DNA from: Candidatus Oxydemutatoraceae bacterium
GTDB lineage: Bacteria > Pseudomonadota > Gammaproteobacteria > Poriferisulfidales > Oxydemutatoraceae
Direction of reading: 5' to 3'
DNA: 64,000 bases
NCBI GenBank assembly: GCA_965220085.1
Contig: CBDCOZ010000003.1
Location: 1,696,001-1,760,000, forward strand
The translations under genes were made by a program, and so were the position numbers. Below, piece after piece: positions 41,830 through 54,450 of this stretch. Positions within the stretch are counted from its first letter, which is position 1; each line of letters begins with the position of its first letter. Under the pieces are notes generated by a model. It made no database searches and was not told where the DNA came from. It saw only the letters and a program-made list of their open reading frames with translations.

Positions 41830-42011
41830 CTTGAATCGAGCAACGGCGTCATCTCCTTGTAGGCTGCCACAGCCTGCTCTTTGTTTTCTTCCGCAACCGC
41901 TTTGATCACTTTCTTGATGTGCGTGCGCAGGCGCGCGCGCAGACGCATATTGTGCTCTCTGTTTCTGTTCGCCTGACGGGCGCGTTTTCGTGCCGAAGCT
42001 ATATTTGCCAT
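41751..42011 (-). CDS. rpsT: 30S ribosomal protein S20
   Basis: MANIASARKRARQ...HRNKAARHKSRL. Confidence 0.98.
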   Translation of the reverse strand: MANIASARKRARQANRNREHNMRLRARLRTHIKKVIKAVAEENKEQAVAAYKEMTPLLDSSVNKNLLHRNKAARHKSRLNRLIRKI

Positions 42012-42095
42012 TGTCGTATCCAAATGTAACGGGGCTCATGCCCCGAGCGACCGCCAGTATACGGGTTTGCCACAGGCGAGTCAATCACGGCGGGC

Positions 42096-43190
42096 TTATG
42101 TATTGAAACGAAAGCAGACAACATCGCCCTCCCGCACCAGATAATCCTTGCCTTCAAGATGCCATTTGCCCGCTTCGCGCGCCTGTTGCTCGCCGCCACA
42201 GGCGATATAGTCTTCGTAGGCGATGACCTCGGCGCGAATGAAACCTTTCTCAAAGTCGGTGTGAATCCGCCCCGCCGCTTGCGGTGCGGTGGCGCCTTGG
42301 GCAATGGTCCAGGCACGCGACTCTTTCGGGCCGGAAGTGAAAAAGGTCAGCAGGTCTAACAGGCGGTAACCTTCGCGAGTGATGACGCTCAGGCCGGATT
42401 CTTCAAGCCCGGCTTCGCGCAGAAATTCATCGCGTTCGGCGCTTTCCAAGCCGACCAATTCCGACTCAAAATGCGCGCAGACTTCGACCGCTACGATGCC
42501 GCGCTCGGCGGCATAGGCGCGCACGTTGACGCAGTGCGGATTGTCGTCGCCGTGACTGACTTCGTCGGTATTGGCGATGATCATCAGCGGCTTGGCGGTG
42601 ATCAAGCGCAACTCGCGCGCGCATTGGCGCATCGCATCGCTCGTTTCAATGTGCCGCGCCGCATCGCCCCGCGCGATGTGATCATGCAACGCTTCCAACA
42701 CCCCTTGCTTGACAATCTCTTCTTTGTTCCCCGACTTGGCGACTTTTTTGACCCGCTCCAGCGCGCGCTCTGTCGTTTCCAAATCGGCGAGCAGTAACTC
42801 CGTATCTATCGTTTCAATATCCGCCAACGGGTCGACCCGTCCGGCGACATGCGTTACGTCCTCGTTCTCAAAGCAACGCACGACGTGGGCTATCGCGTCG
42901 GTCTCGCGAATATGCGACAGAAACCTGTTGCCCAGACCTTCGCCTTTTGCGGCGCCGGCGACCAGTCCCGCGATATCAAAAAACTCAAGCGTTGTCGGAA
43001 TCACTTTTTTTGACGCGTTGATTGCGGCCAGTTTTGCAAGCCGATCATCGGGCACCGGCACGATGCCGACATTGGGATCGATCGTGCAGAAGGGATAGTT
43101 TTCAGCCGGAATGTCGGCATCCGTCAACGCGTTGAACAATGTGGACTTGCCGACATTCGGCAAGCCGATGACACCGCACTTAAACCCCAT
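42096..43190 (-). CDS. ychF: ribosome-binding ATPase YchF
   Basis: MGFKCGVIGLPNVGKST, GEGLGNRFL. Confidence 0.98.
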   Translation of the reverse strand: MGFKCGVIGLPNVGKSTLFNALTDADIPAENYPFCTIDPNVGIVPVPDDRLAKLAAINASKKVIPTTLEFFDIAGLVAGAAKGEGLGNRFLSHIRETDAIAHVVRCFENEDVTHVAGRVDPLADIETIDTELLLADLETTERALERVKKVAKSGNKEEIVKQGVLEALHDHIARGDAARHIETSDAMRQCARELRLITAKPLMIIANTDEVSHGDDNPHCVNVRAYAAERGIVAVEVCAHFESELVGLESAERDEFLREAGLEESGLSVITREGYRLLDLLTFFTSGPKESRAWTIAQGATAPQAAGRIHTDFEKGFIRAEVIAYEDYIACGGEQQAREAGKWHLEGKDYLVREGDVVCFRFNT

Positions 43191-43776
43191 CTTCGCCCCC
43201 CTCTCTGTGCAAATCATTCATCGCCGCTTGAAATTCTCCGGCGCAGAGATAATCCAATTTTTCAATAGCGCGAAAGATCGCGCCGTTGATCAACTCGGCT
43301 TCTTGCGCGGGCGGGTCGGACAAGACATAGCCGACTACTCTGCTGCGCGCGCCCGGATGGCCGACACCGATACGCAAACGCCAGAAATCCGCGCCCAGAC
43401 ACCGCACGATGTCGGTCAAACCGTTGTGGCCGCCGGCGCCGCCGCCTTTTTTCAAACGTATTTTGGCCACTGCAAAATCGATCTCATCGTGTGCGACCAG
43501 CGCCCGCTGCGGCGGAATTTTGTAGTAATGGGCAAACTTTGCCAGCGGTTGCCCGCTTCTGTTCATGAACAAACCGGGCTTGAACAACCACAGCAAACCG
43601 GCCGCGGTCTCAATCCGGCAAGCATCGCCGTGAAATTTGCTTTGTGGCGCGAAGGCAACATTGTGTTGCCGCGCGAGATGATCGACTAACCGAAAGCCGA
43701 CATTGTGCCGGTTGTTGTCGTATTTTGCGCCGGGATTGCCGAGCCCCGCAATCAAACAAATACCGGTTTCAGACAT
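43180..43776 (-). CDS. pth: peptidyl-tRNA hydrolase
   Basis: GLGNPG..Y..NRHNVG, GGHNGL, RLRIGVG. Confidence 0.98.
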   Translation of the reverse strand: MSETGICLIAGLGNPGAKYDNNRHNVGFRLVDHLARQHNVAFAPQSKFHGDACRIETAAGLLWLFKPGLFMNRSGQPLAKFAHYYKIPPQRALVAHDEIDFAVAKIRLKKGGGAGGHNGLTDIVRCLGADFWRLRIGVGHPGARSRVVGYVLSDPPAQEAELINGAIFRAIEKLDYLCAGEFQAAMNDLHREGGEDGV

Positions 43777-43797
43777 CCCGACCTTTGAGACAGGCAA

Positions 43798-44502
43798 TCA
43801 GGATTTTTTGCCGTCCTCAGACTCCGCTTTGGCCGCCTCATCGCCCGCTCCTTCGGCGCCCTCGCCTTCGCCTTCGCCTTCGCCGGCTTCGGCCTCGGCC
43901 TCATCTTCCCGCAACGCCACCTTCGGTTTGATGACGGCGACGATAGCGTGGTCGGACGCTCCGCCGTGCGTCAAAGCGACGATGGTCAGACCTTCGGGCA
44001 ACACGACATCGGACAGGTGCAGGGAATGGCCGAGCTCCAACCCGCTGATATCTATCTCAAGATACTCCGGCAGGTGTTTGGGCAGGCAGGAAATTTCCAC
44101 ATCTTTCTGCAGGTGGCTGACGATGCCGCCTTGCTGTTTGACGCCGATACACGTCTCTTCGTTGAGGAAGTGCAGCGGCACATTCACCGTGATCTCCCGA
44201 TCGGCGGTGACGCGGAAAAAATCCATATGCAGAATCTGCGGCTTGCTCGGGTGTCTTTGCAGGTCGCGCAGGATGACCATTTCCTCCTTGCCATCCACAT
44301 CCATCGTCAGGATGTGCGAATAAAAAGCCTCGTTCTCAAGGTGGTGCGATACCTCGTTGTGATCAAGAGACAGCGACACCGCTTCGCCGTTGCCGCCGTA
44401 AATAACCGCCGGCACCCGGCCCGACCGACGCATACGGCGGTTCTCGCCCTTGCCGGCTGCGGAGCGCAACTGCGCATTGATTGAAAATTCCTGCATAGTC
44501 AT
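43798..44502 (-). CDS. rplY: 50S ribosomal protein L25 / Ctc
   Basis: RRMRRSGRVPAVIYG, QRHP, HMDF; acidic tail. Confidence 0.97.
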   Translation of the reverse strand: MTMQEFSINAQLRSAAGKGENRRMRRSGRVPAVIYGGNGEAVSLSLDHNEVSHHLENEAFYSHILTMDVDGKEEMVILRDLQRHPSKPQILHMDFFRVTADREITVNVPLHFLNEETCIGVKQQGGIVSHLQKDVEISCLPKHLPEYLEIDISGLELGHSLHLSDVVLPEGLTIVALTHGGASDHAIVAVIKPKVALREDEAEAEAGEGEGEGEGAEGAGDEAAKAESEDGKKS

Positions 44503-44675
44503 GTATACCCGAATTGAAGCGCGTAATGATACCCTATTGCGCGGATAATGTCATCATCGGCATACGGCGAGGACTCCGCTTGCGACCGCTTTCGGGCGCG
44601 CGAACTTGCCGGATATTCCGCGCGGATGCGCGCCGAATGCGGCGGGCAACGGACACCGCTGCCCGATTATCTGGG

Positions 44676-44764
44676 GCAAACCCCGCATAGGCGCGGGCAA
44701 AAGCCGGGTCGCAGTTGAAAACATAGCGCGGGTCGCGCAAACCCCGCATAGGCGCGGGCAAAAG
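44676..44764. repeat. 28-bp direct repeat, two copies
   Basis: gcaaaccccgcataggcgcgggcaaaag at 44676 and 44737. Confidence 0.8.
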
Positions 44765-44850
44765 ACAGGCGGGCTTGGAGCGCTCGGGTGTGCGATTGGG
44801 TGTGCGATCGGGGCAAATAAAGGCTATAATTCGGGCTCACTGGTAACTGG

Positions 44851-44925
44851 TGGGCCGTCGCCAAGTGGTAAGGCACCGGGTTTTGATCCCGACATTCGCA
44901 GGTTCGAATCCTGCCGGCCCAGCCA
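44851..44925 (+). tRNA. tRNA-Gln (TTG)
   Basis: tgggccg acceptor stem, anticodon loop ttttgat, T-loop ggttcgaatcc, 3' CCA; TATAAT at 44825. Confidence 0.96.
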
Positions 44926-44931
44926 ACAGAC

Positions 44932-45901
44932 AATGAAATCGGAACAACCTGAAAACACATCACTGGCTGTCTTTACCGGCAACGCGAATCGGACGCTTGC
45001 GCAAAAGGTCAGCGACGCGATGGGTGTCCCTCTCGGCAACGCAACGGTCGATCAATTCAGCGACGGCGAAGCGCGCGTTGAGATTCTTGAAAACGTACGC
45101 GGCAAAGATGTCTTTATCATCCAACCGACATGTATGCCGGTGAATGACCACCTGATGGAGTTAATCGTCATGATTGACGCCCTGCACCGCTCCTCCGCCG
45201 GACGTCTCACCGCGGTCATTCCGTACTTCGGCTACGCCCGTCAAGACCGCCGCGCCTACTACGCGCGGGTGCCCATATCGGCAAAAGTGGTCGCCAATGT
45301 GTTGCGTAGCGCACAGACCGACAGGATACTGACGGTGGATCTGCACGCCGACCAGATTCAGGGCTTCTTTGATCTGCCGGTCGACAACATCTATGCCTCG
45401 CCGGCGTTGCTTGAGGACATCAAAGAACAGGCCCACCCGAATATGATCATCGTCTCGCCGGATGTCGGCGGCGTGGTCAGGGCGCGAGCGATTGCCCGCC
45501 GCCTGGACAATGCCGACTTGGCGATCATAGACAAACGCCGTCCGCAACCGAATAAGAACGAGGTGATGAATATCATCGGCGATGTGGATAACAAATCCTG
45601 CGTCATCATCGACGACATCGTCGATACCGCCGGCACCTTGTGCGAAGCGGCGCGCGCGCTCAAACAGCGCAATGCCACGAAAGTCATCGCCTATGCGACC
45701 CATCCGGTGCTGTCCGGCGAAGCCATCGCGCGCATAAACGATTCGCAACTGGACGAACTGGTCGTAAGCGATACGATTCCGCTGTCGGCGGCGGGCGAAG
45801 GATGCGAACGCATACGGGTTGTCAGCATCGCAACGATGCTCGCGCGCACCATCCGACATATCAATCGAGAACAGTCCATCAGCGGGCTGTTCAATATATA
45901 G
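44932..45901 (+). CDS. prs: ribose-phosphate pyrophosphokinase
   Basis: Start MKSEQPEN (ATG at about 44932-44933); [23 protein letters not shown]. Confidence 0.97.
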
Positions 45902-45928
45902 ACGGCTCTTCGCCGGCGGCGGGGGGCG

Positions 45929-46384
45929 CGGTCAGAGCGACCTGTAACGGAGACGCTCGCAAGCCTTTGGCGACAAAGCCATGCAGATTATCCGGCGCTT
46001 GGGCAAGTGCCTGACGCGCCTGCTGCGCGTCATCAAACCAAGCAAAAAATGCGCCGCCGGTACCGCTCAGGCGGGGAGCGCGGCCAGAGCGAGATGTAAC
46101 GGAGACGCTCGCAAGCCTTTGGCGACAAAGCCATGCAGATTAGCCGGCGCTTGGGCAAGCGCCTGACGCGCCTGTTGCGCGTCATCAAACCAAGCAAAAA
46201 ATGCGCCGCCGGTACCGCTCAGGCGGGGAGCGCGGCCAGAGCGAGATGTAACGGAGACGCTCGCAAGCCTTTGGCGACAAAGCCATGCAGATTAGCCGGC
46301 GCTTGGGCAAGCGCCTGACGCGCCTGCCGTGCGTCATCAAACCAAGCAAAAAATGCGCCGCCGGTACCGCTCAGGCGGGGAGCG
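45929..46384. repeat. 152-bp triplication of the ispE 3' end
   Basis: Copies end at 46080, 46232 and 46384. Confidence 0.95.
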
Positions 46385-47109
46385 GCGTAACCGGCAAGCC
46401 ACGCCATGCCGGCGGCGATTTCCGCGCAACGCGCGCTTGCAAGCGCTTGAAAAGCATTCGCGCCGTCGCCGATACGATAGTCGGCGGGGGTCATGCGCGG
46501 ATAATCGCGGCGCAACTCCGGAGCGCCGAACATGGCCGATGTCGATAGCGATATCGGAGGCACAAAAACCGCAAAATACCGCGGCGGCAAATCCATCGCG
46601 ACCAAGCGCTCGCCGATACCTTCCGCCCACGCGCTGCGGCCTTTGACGAAGACCGGCACATCGGCGCCGAGCCCGGCGCCAAGCCGCAGCAAATCGGCCT
46701 CGCTGCAACCCGTCCGCCACAGGCGATTGAGACCGTGCAATACCGTCGCCGCATCTGAGCTGCCGCCGCCCAAGCCGGCGCCGACCGGTATCCGTTTGCG
46801 CAATGTAATATCGGCGCCGCAAGCGCTGTCGCCATGGCGCTCGCGCAATGACAAGGCCGCGCGTAACGCGATATTGTCCGCAATGTCTTCGTTGCAACGA
46901 AGGTTGAGCTCTCCGTCGTCGCGAGCGCAGAGCGCTACCTCATCGCCATAGTCCAGCAACTGGAAGACGGTCTGCAACTCGTGCATGCCATCGGCGCGAC
47001 GGCCGGTAATGTGGAGGAATAAATTGACCTTCGCGGGGGCGGGCAAAACCAATAGCTCTCCGCTAAACGGACGGCGGGCGGAGGTTTTAACAGCATCATC
47101 CATATCCAA
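46219..47109 (-). CDS. ispE: 4-diphosphocytidyl-2-C-methyl-D-erythritol kinase
   Basis: PAPAKVNLFL, GAGLGGGSSDAA, LSGTG. Confidence 0.97.
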   Translation of the reverse strand: MDMDDAVKTSARRPFSGELLVLPAPAKVNLFLHITGRRADGMHELQTVFQLLDYGDEVALCARDDGELNLRCNEDIADNIALRAALSLRERHGDSACGADITLRKRIPVGAGLGGGSSDAATVLHGLNRLWRTGCSEADLLRLGAGLGADVPVFVKGRSAWAEGIGERLVAMDLPPRYFAVFVPPISLSTSAMFGAPELRRDYPRMTPADYRIGDGANAFQALASARCAEIAAGMAWLAGYAAPRLSGTGGAFFAWFDDARQARQALAQAPANLHGFVAKGLRASPLHLALAALPA

Positions 47110-47111
47110 TG

Positions 47112-47765
47112 CTACAGAACTTGGCGATTGCGAGCCACCCGCGGTTGCAGATTGACCGTCGCGCGCATATCGCCGGATGTCATCTCAAGCCGCTTGACAT
47201 AGGGCGGGCTTGCGCTGTCCGCCTCGTCGGCGCGATACCGCACCTGCCACCCTTGTTGCCGAAAAGACACCAATCTGTCGCCTTCCCGACGGGCGGCGCG
47301 ATAGGCGCTGTGCGGCGACGGGACGCCGAGAACCCAATATCTCAGGTGTTCAACGGGCAACTCAAACCCCAGCAACTGTTCGACCATCTGCCGCGCCGTC
47401 GCGGTACGATAACGGTTGCCGCGCGCATCCATAGCGGTCGTCTCGCCGTCCGCTTGGGTATCGATGACCGCCAGAGTCATACCGCTAACGCTCGCTATGC
47501 GCAGTTGATAGCGATCCGGCCGCTGGCGCCAGACAAATTTGATGCGCGCTTCGTGCTGTCGGTAATGCGCGATCACTTCGCCGCGGAGGTTCCAGTCGCG
47601 GGCCAGTTCGGCGCGCATTTGCAAAGCGGAAACAAAAGGCTCCGATGCGATCTGTGACGACTCATCCGGCAGCGGCAATGTGGCGCAACCGGAGCACACA
47701 AAACAGGCAAAACAACTTAGCGCGACTGGCCGGCAAACATGCATTGCAAAAGGTCGCAAAGTCAT
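47112..47765 (-). CDS. lolB: outer membrane lipoprotein insertion protein LolB
   Basis: Lipobox CSGC; LLGFELPVEHLRYWVLG; between TPR gene and ispE. Confidence 0.85.
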   Translation of the reverse strand: MTLRPFAMHVCRPVALSCFACFVCSGCATLPLPDESSQIASEPFVSALQMRAELARDWNLRGEVIAHYRQHEARIKFVWRQRPDRYQLRIASVSGMTLAVIDTQADGETTAMDARGNRYRTATARQMVEQLLGFELPVEHLRYWVLGVPSPHSAYRAARREGDRLVSFRQQGWQVRYRADEADSASPPYVKRLEMTSGDMRATVNLQPRVARNRQVL

Positions 47766-49465
47766 TTGACCTTGAGTTCGTACAACTTTTGCAAGTATTC
47801 GTTATCGGGAAACTTGTCCAGACCGCGCCTGATGACGGCAAACGCTTCGGCTTCTCTTTGTTGCGACCAAAATACTTCGGCGAGGTGCCCCAGTATCTCG
47901 GGTTGCAGGCGCATATCGGCGGCTTGCCGGATGTACTTCTCGGCCGCCGGCAGATTATGCAACCGGAATTCCACCCAACCGACACTGTCCAGTATCGCCG
48001 AACTGTCGGGCTGCAATTCGTAAGCCCGCAAAATATATTCTTTGGCCTCCTGTAGTTTGATATTGGTGTCCGCCAGCAAGTAGCCCAAGGCATTGAGTGC
48101 GCGCCAATTGGAGGGATCGCTCTTGATCAGTTGTTTGAGGTCTCTTTCCGCCAGATCGATACGCCCCGCATCGTGGGCAAACAACGCTCTTGAATACAGC
48201 AAGTTGGGGTCGTTCGGATATTCCCGCAACGCCCGCGCATACACATTGAAAACCATGCTCTGCGCGGCAAAGTCTTTCAGTATCCCCGCTTGCGCGATAA
48301 ACAAAGCGACGCGTTCGCGCTCGGTGCGCAGTTGCGCGCGCGCGCTGTCAAACTCCAAATCGACCAGATCCGACCGCCCCATCTTGCCATGCACGCGCGC
48401 AATTCCCGTCCGCGCCTCGCCGAACATCGCGCCCTGACCGATGCTCTGATAACGCGCCTGCGCCCGCGCATAATGCCCCTCATCCTCATCGACACGACCG
48501 AGGTAATAGGTCGCGCGCTCGGACTCGGCAACATCGCCCCTTGCTTGGGCCATCCGCAACAGGCGATCAAAAAAGGAACGCGCGGTATCAAATTCCTCCC
48601 GCCGCAAGTTCAATACTCCCAATGCGTAAATACTCTCCGGCTCCGTATCATCCATGGCGTGCGCCTTGCGATACAACTCCAGCGCCAACTGCGCGCGGTC
48701 ATAAAGAAAATAAGCGCGCGCAGTTTTCAGAAGCAGTTCGTAGTGGCCGGGGTTCAGCGCCGATTGCGCATGCAACGTACTCAAACCCGCTTCGACCCGA
48801 TCCAGACCGAACAAGGCATCGGCCATCGCCGCATAGGCCTTGGCGAAGGAGGGGTCGCGCGATATGGCATATTGCGCCGCTTCCAACGCAAGCCGGTATT
48901 CGCCGGCGTGAAAAGCCACCATGGAGCGAACCAGATGCAGGCGCGTATTGTCCGGCTCTGTCTCAAGCAACTTGTCAAGGGCTGTCGCGCCGTTCGGCGC
49001 GATGCCGAAATGCGCCGCTTCCGACGGTCGCGCCTCGCTCTGGCGGAAAATATTGTCATTGTTGTCGACCGAGAACTCAATATGCGGAATCAGTTTTTCG
49101 TGCTCGGCGAGCTCCAGATAGATGACGATCATCATCTGATGCAATGTCGTGTTATCGGGATCGACGCGGTGCCATTGCTCGCCGACCGCCGCGGCTTGCG
49201 GGTAATCGCCGTTGTGCAACGCGAGTGTGATCGCGGCGGCGAACACCTCCGAGTCGCCGGAGAGCTCGGCGGCTTTTTGATAGTGCTTAAAAGCGCTTTC
49301 AAAATCCGCTTCCTTGAAAGCCAACTCGCCGGCCAGAATCTCATAGATCTGCCCGGACAATGCGCGCGTCTCGGGCGCTGCGCTGTGCGAGCGCATCGCG
49401 GCGCAACCGCCGAGCAAAACCGATACCAATATCGGCAATAAAATTCTGTTCAAATGACTGTTCAT
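47762..49465 (-). CDS. TPR-repeat lipoprotein
   Basis: Lipobox LGGC; ALNALGY.LAD, ILDSVGW; usual position between hemA and lolB. Confidence 0.9.
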   Translation of the reverse strand: MNSHLNRILLPILVSVLLGGCAAMRSHSAAPETRALSGQIYEILAGELAFKEADFESAFKHYQKAAELSGDSEVFAAAITLALHNGDYPQAAAVGEQWHRVDPDNTTLHQMMIVIYLELAEHEKLIPHIEFSVDNNDNIFRQSEARPSEAAHFGIAPNGATALDKLLETEPDNTRLHLVRSMVAFHAGEYRLALEAAQYAISRDPSFAKAYAAMADALFGLDRVEAGLSTLHAQSALNPGHYELLLKTARAYFLYDRAQLALELYRKAHAMDDTEPESIYALGVLNLRREEFDTARSFFDRLLRMAQARGDVAESERATYYLGRVDEDEGHYARAQARYQSIGQGAMFGEARTGIARVHGKMGRSDLVDLEFDSARAQLRTERERVALFIAQAGILKDFAAQSMVFNVYARALREYPNDPNLLYSRALFAHDAGRIDLAERDLKQLIKSDPSNWRALNALGYLLADTNIKLQEAKEYILRAYELQPDSSAILDSVGWVEFRLHNLPAAEKYIRQAADMRLQPEILGHLAEVFWSQQREAEAFAVIRRGLDKFPDNEYLQKLYELKVK

Positions 49466-49672
49466 CTTTCTGTCTATCAACAACCGATAATCCGCAACAA
49501 ACTGCGCCCTAGTCTATTATATTACGCTTATCTGTTAGACTATCCGCCTACATTTGTTTGAGATGATGCTTTTTTCCACATATTAGCTATCCGCAAAACA
49601 ACGGTGTCGGCGATACAACGACACAGACGTCCCGCCCGCAGGCGGATTTCTTATCTTACATGACTCAAAACT

Positions 49673-50935
49673 ATGGAACCCATCAGTGTCGGATTAAGTC
49701 ACCATACTTCCCCGCTGGAAGTGCGTGAGAAAACAGCAGTGGAAGCGAGCGCTCTGCATGACGCGCTCACGGATCTGCGCGCCCGCGCCGGGCTTGACGA
49801 AGCGGTAATCCTATCCACCTGTAACCGCTTTGAGATATTTTCCTTCGGCGCCGGCGATAAGCGACAGGCGATCAAAGAATGGGTGCGGCGGCGATTCAAA
49901 ATCACAAACGACGAAGCGGACAAATACTGGCGCGAGTCGCGCGGCGACAGCGTGACCCATCGCCTGACGCGCATCGCGTGCGGTCTGGACTCGGTTATCA
50001 TCGGCGAACCGCAAATTCTGGGGCAGATCAAATCGGCTTACCGGATTGCGCGCGACAATCAGCACACGCAGACCGTCATCAACCGTCTGTTTGAGCACGC
50101 CATCTCCGTCGCCAAAGAAGTGCGCTCGACCACCGCGCTCGGCAAGCATCCGATATCGTATGCGTCCATCACGCTGGACATTTCAAAGAGATTGTTTGAA
50201 AACCTCGCCGAAAAGCAGGCGCTGATCATCGGGGTCGGCGAAATGACCGAACTGGCGGCGCGCTACTGCAAGGAACACGATGTCGGAGCCCTGACCATCG
50301 CGAACCGGACGCCGAAGAATGCCGCAGACCTCGCCGCCGAAGTCGGCGCCGAGATCGCCGATCTTGCAAACATTGAGGATATCCTGCACCGTTACGACAT
50401 CATCATCAGTTGCACCGCAAGTCCCGCGCATATACTCGATCATTCGATGGTCGCAAGCGCGCTAAAAAAGCGCAAGGGAAGGCCCGTTCACATTTCCGAT
50501 CTCGCGCTGCCGCGCGACATTGATCCGCGGGTGGCCGAACTGGAAGGCGTCTATCTGTATACTCTGGATAACCTCGCAAAAATGATCAGCGACAATCAGA
50601 AAAAGAGGATGACGGCAGGCAAAGAAGCCGAAGTCATCATCGACCGTCGCGTTGCGGAATTCGTCAAATGGCTCAACGCCCGCGATGCGATACCGCTGAT
50701 AACACACTACCGCAGTAGCGCCGAACAGCAGTGTCAGCAGGCCTTGCTACGGGCCCTGACAAAACTGCGGCAGGGGCAGGATGCGGAAACCGTCATGCGC
50801 GAACTGACGCGCGGCATCGGCAAGCGCTTGATGCACCCTGCTACCGAGATCATAGCGGCGGCCGGGGCGACGGGCAACCGCGAACTGCTCAAGGAAATAG
50901 AAGCCGCCCTCGCACAAAACGATGCGCAACCATGA
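49673..50935 (+). CDS. hemA: glutamyl-tRNA reductase
   Basis: [28 protein letters not shown]. Confidence 0.98.
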   Translation: MEPISVGLSHHTSPLEVREKTAVEASALHDALTDLRARAGLDEAVILSTCNRFEIFSFGAGDKRQAIKEWVRRRFKITNDEADKYWRESRGDSVTHRLTRIACGLDSVIIGEPQILGQIKSAYRIARDNQHTQTVINRLFEHAISVAKEVRSTTALGKHPISYASITLDISKRLFENLAEKQALIIGVGEMTELAARYCKEHDVGALTIANRTPKNAADLAAEVGAEIADLANIEDILHRYDIIISCTASPAHILDHSMVASALKKRKGRPVHISDLALPRDIDPRVAELEGVYLYTLDNLAKMISDNQKKRMTAGKEAEVIIDRRVAEFVKWLNARDAIPLITHYRSSAEQQCQQALLRALTKLRQGQDAETVMRELTRGIGKRLMHPATEIIAAAGATGNRELLKEIEAALAQNDAQP

Positions 50936-52026
50936 AACATTCCGTCATTGAAAAATTGTCCGCCTTGCAGAATCGCCACGCCGAAGTATCCGCGCTCTTG
51001 TCGCAGCCCGGGGTGACCGATGATCTGGAGAACTACCGCAAACTGAGCCGCGAACACGCGCACTTGTATCCGATAGCGCGCTGCCTTGAGAAATATCTGC
51101 AAGCGGCATCGAGCCTTGAGCAGGCAAAAGAGATAGCGGCGGGCGATGACAAGGAACTCAAACCGATTGCGCAAGAAGAAATCCCGATGTTGAACGAACA
51201 GATTGCGGCGCTGGAAGCGGAATTGAGAGAGTTGATGATACCCAAAGACCGCCACGACCACAGCAGTGTGTTTCTGGAAATACGCGCCGGTACCGGCGGC
51301 GACGAAGCGGCGCTCTTCGCCGGCGACTTGCTCAGGATGTACTGCCGCTATGCCGAAGAAAACCAATCGTGGAAAACGGAGGTCATCAGCTCAAAAGAAG
51401 GCGAGCACGGCGGGTTCAAAGAGATCATCATCAAGATCAGCGGAGAAAATGTCTGGGCGCGGCTTAAATTTGAATCGGGCGGGCACCGGGTACAGCGGGT
51501 GCCGGAAACCGAGTCACAAGGACGGGTTCACACCTCCGCCGCCACCGTCGCCGTGCTGCCCGAGGCCGATGAAATAAATCACGTAGAGACAGACCCGAAC
51601 GATTTGCGCATCGATACCTTCCGCGCATCGGGAGCCGGCGGGCAGCACGTCAACAAAACCGACTCCGCGATTCGCATCACGCATATTCCGAGCGGTCTCG
51701 TCGTCGAGTGCCAAGACGAACGTTCCCAGCACCGCAATAAGAACCGCGCGATGGCATTATTATCCGCGCGCCTGCTCGACATAGAGCGCAGGCGGCAAGA
51801 GCGCGAGCAATCCGAGAACCGGCGCAACCTGATCGGCAGCGGCGACCGTTCGCAGAAAATCCGCACCTACAATTTCTCACAGGGGCGGGTGACAGACCAC
51901 CGTATCAACTTAACGCTATACAAATTGCCGCAGATACTGGAAGGCGATCTGGACCCCTTGATAGACAATCTGATCAACGAGCATCGCGCCGACCTGCTGG
52001 CGGCGGTCGAAGCCGAAGGCATATGA
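50932..52026 (+). CDS. prfA: peptide chain release factor 1
   Basis: [22 protein letters not shown]. Confidence 0.98.
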   Translation: MKHSVIEKLSALQNRHAEVSALLSQPGVTDDLENYRKLSREHAHLYPIARCLEKYLQAASSLEQAKEIAAGDDKELKPIAQEEIPMLNEQIAALEAELRELMIPKDRHDHSSVFLEIRAGTGGDEAALFAGDLLRMYCRYAEENQSWKTEVISSKEGEHGGFKEIIIKISGENVWARLKFESGGHRVQRVPETESQGRVHTSAATVAVLPEADEINHVETDPNDLRIDTFRASGAGGQHVNKTDSAIRITHIPSGLVVECQDERSQHRNKNRAMALLSARLLDIERRRQEREQSENRRNLIGSGDRSQKIRTYNFSQGRVTDHRINLTLYKLPQILEGDLDPLIDNLINEHRADLLAAVEAEGI

Positions 52027-52865
52027 CCGCCGTGGCCAAAAAAGTTCGTTTGCAAGCGCGTACGATCGCCGCCGTGCGCCGGGAGATACGCGCATTAGCG
52101 CAAGCGGATGATGGCGACTGCCTGTTGTGCCACGCGCTCAGCAAAAGCCGCGCCTGGCTTTACACCCGCCCCGAAAGGCGCTTGAGCGATACCGAAAAAA
52201 GCAGGATTGAACGCGCGCTGGAATCGTCTCTTGCCGGCATGCCGATCGCATATTTGCGCGGACGCAAAGAATTCTTCTCGCTGGACTTGAAAGTCACCGC
52301 CGACACACTGATTCCCCGCCCCGAGACCGAGTTGTTGGTCGAGCGCGCGTTGCGCTGTCACAAACCCGGCTTGCGGGCGCTTGACCTGGGCACCGGTTGC
52401 GGCAACATCGCGCTGGCGCTCCGATCGCAGCGACCCGATTGGGCGATCACCGCGACCGACGTTTCGCAAGCCGCGCTCCGCATCGCGCAAGACAACGCGC
52501 AACGCCATCGCCTCGGCGACATCCGCTTCATCCAAAGCGATTGGTTCGCAGCGCTGAGCGGAACGTTTGACTTGATAGTCAGCAATCCGCCTTACATCGC
52601 CAAGGATGACCCGGATGTGGCGCCGCAAGTAGCGCAATACGAGCCCGCAACGGCGCTGTTTGCAAAAGACGACGGCCTGGCCTGCCTGCGCGAAATAATC
52701 GCTGCGGGGATCGGCTTCATGAAAGCCGATGCGCGACTGATAGTTGAGCACGGTCACCGCCAAGCAAGCGCGGTTCGCGCCATGATTGTCGCAGCCGGGT
52801 ATAAAGACTGCGAGCAACTCAGCGATGGCGCCGGGCATCCGCGCGTCGCGGTGGCCTGCGCCTGA
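52023..52865 (+). CDS. prmC: release factor glutamine methyltransferase
   Basis: [20 protein letters not shown]. Confidence 0.97.
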   Translation: MTAVAKKVRLQARTIAAVRREIRALAQADDGDCLLCHALSKSRAWLYTRPERRLSDTEKSRIERALESSLAGMPIAYLRGRKEFFSLDLKVTADTLIPRPETELLVERALRCHKPGLRALDLGTGCGNIALALRSQRPDWAITATDVSQAALRIAQDNAQRHRLGDIRFIQSDWFAALSGTFDLIVSNPPYIAKDDPDVAPQVAQYEPATALFAKDDGLACLREIIAAGIGFMKADARLIVEHGHRQASAVRAMIVAAGYKDCEQLSDGAGHPRVAVACA

Positions 52866-54317
<1,452 letters not shown>

Positions 54318-54375
54318 AATGCTTTTGCTCCCTCCATAGTTTCCTGATAACCGCCGCGACCAAGCGCCGCCGGCA

Positions 54376-54395
54376 AGCCGCCCGAGCGGGCGGCT
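54376..54395. other. GC hairpin between gatA and gatB
   Basis: agccgccc-gagc-gggcggct. Confidence 0.45.
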
Positions 54396-54450
54396 ATGAT
54401 GGTTGCGATGGCAAGGGCGGCGACCGCCGCGGCTTGGAATACGAGCGCCG

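Noticed and set aside
43845-43905. ttcgcc hexamer repeat in rplY
   Set aside because: In-frame low-complexity acidic tail, typical of Ctc-type L25.
44606-44931. N-terminal extensions in the ORF track (prs; likewise prfA, gatB, rph, rdgB, iscS, iscU, methyltransferase)
   Set aside because: They run through the tRNA, repeats or neighbouring genes; homology begins at downstream starts.
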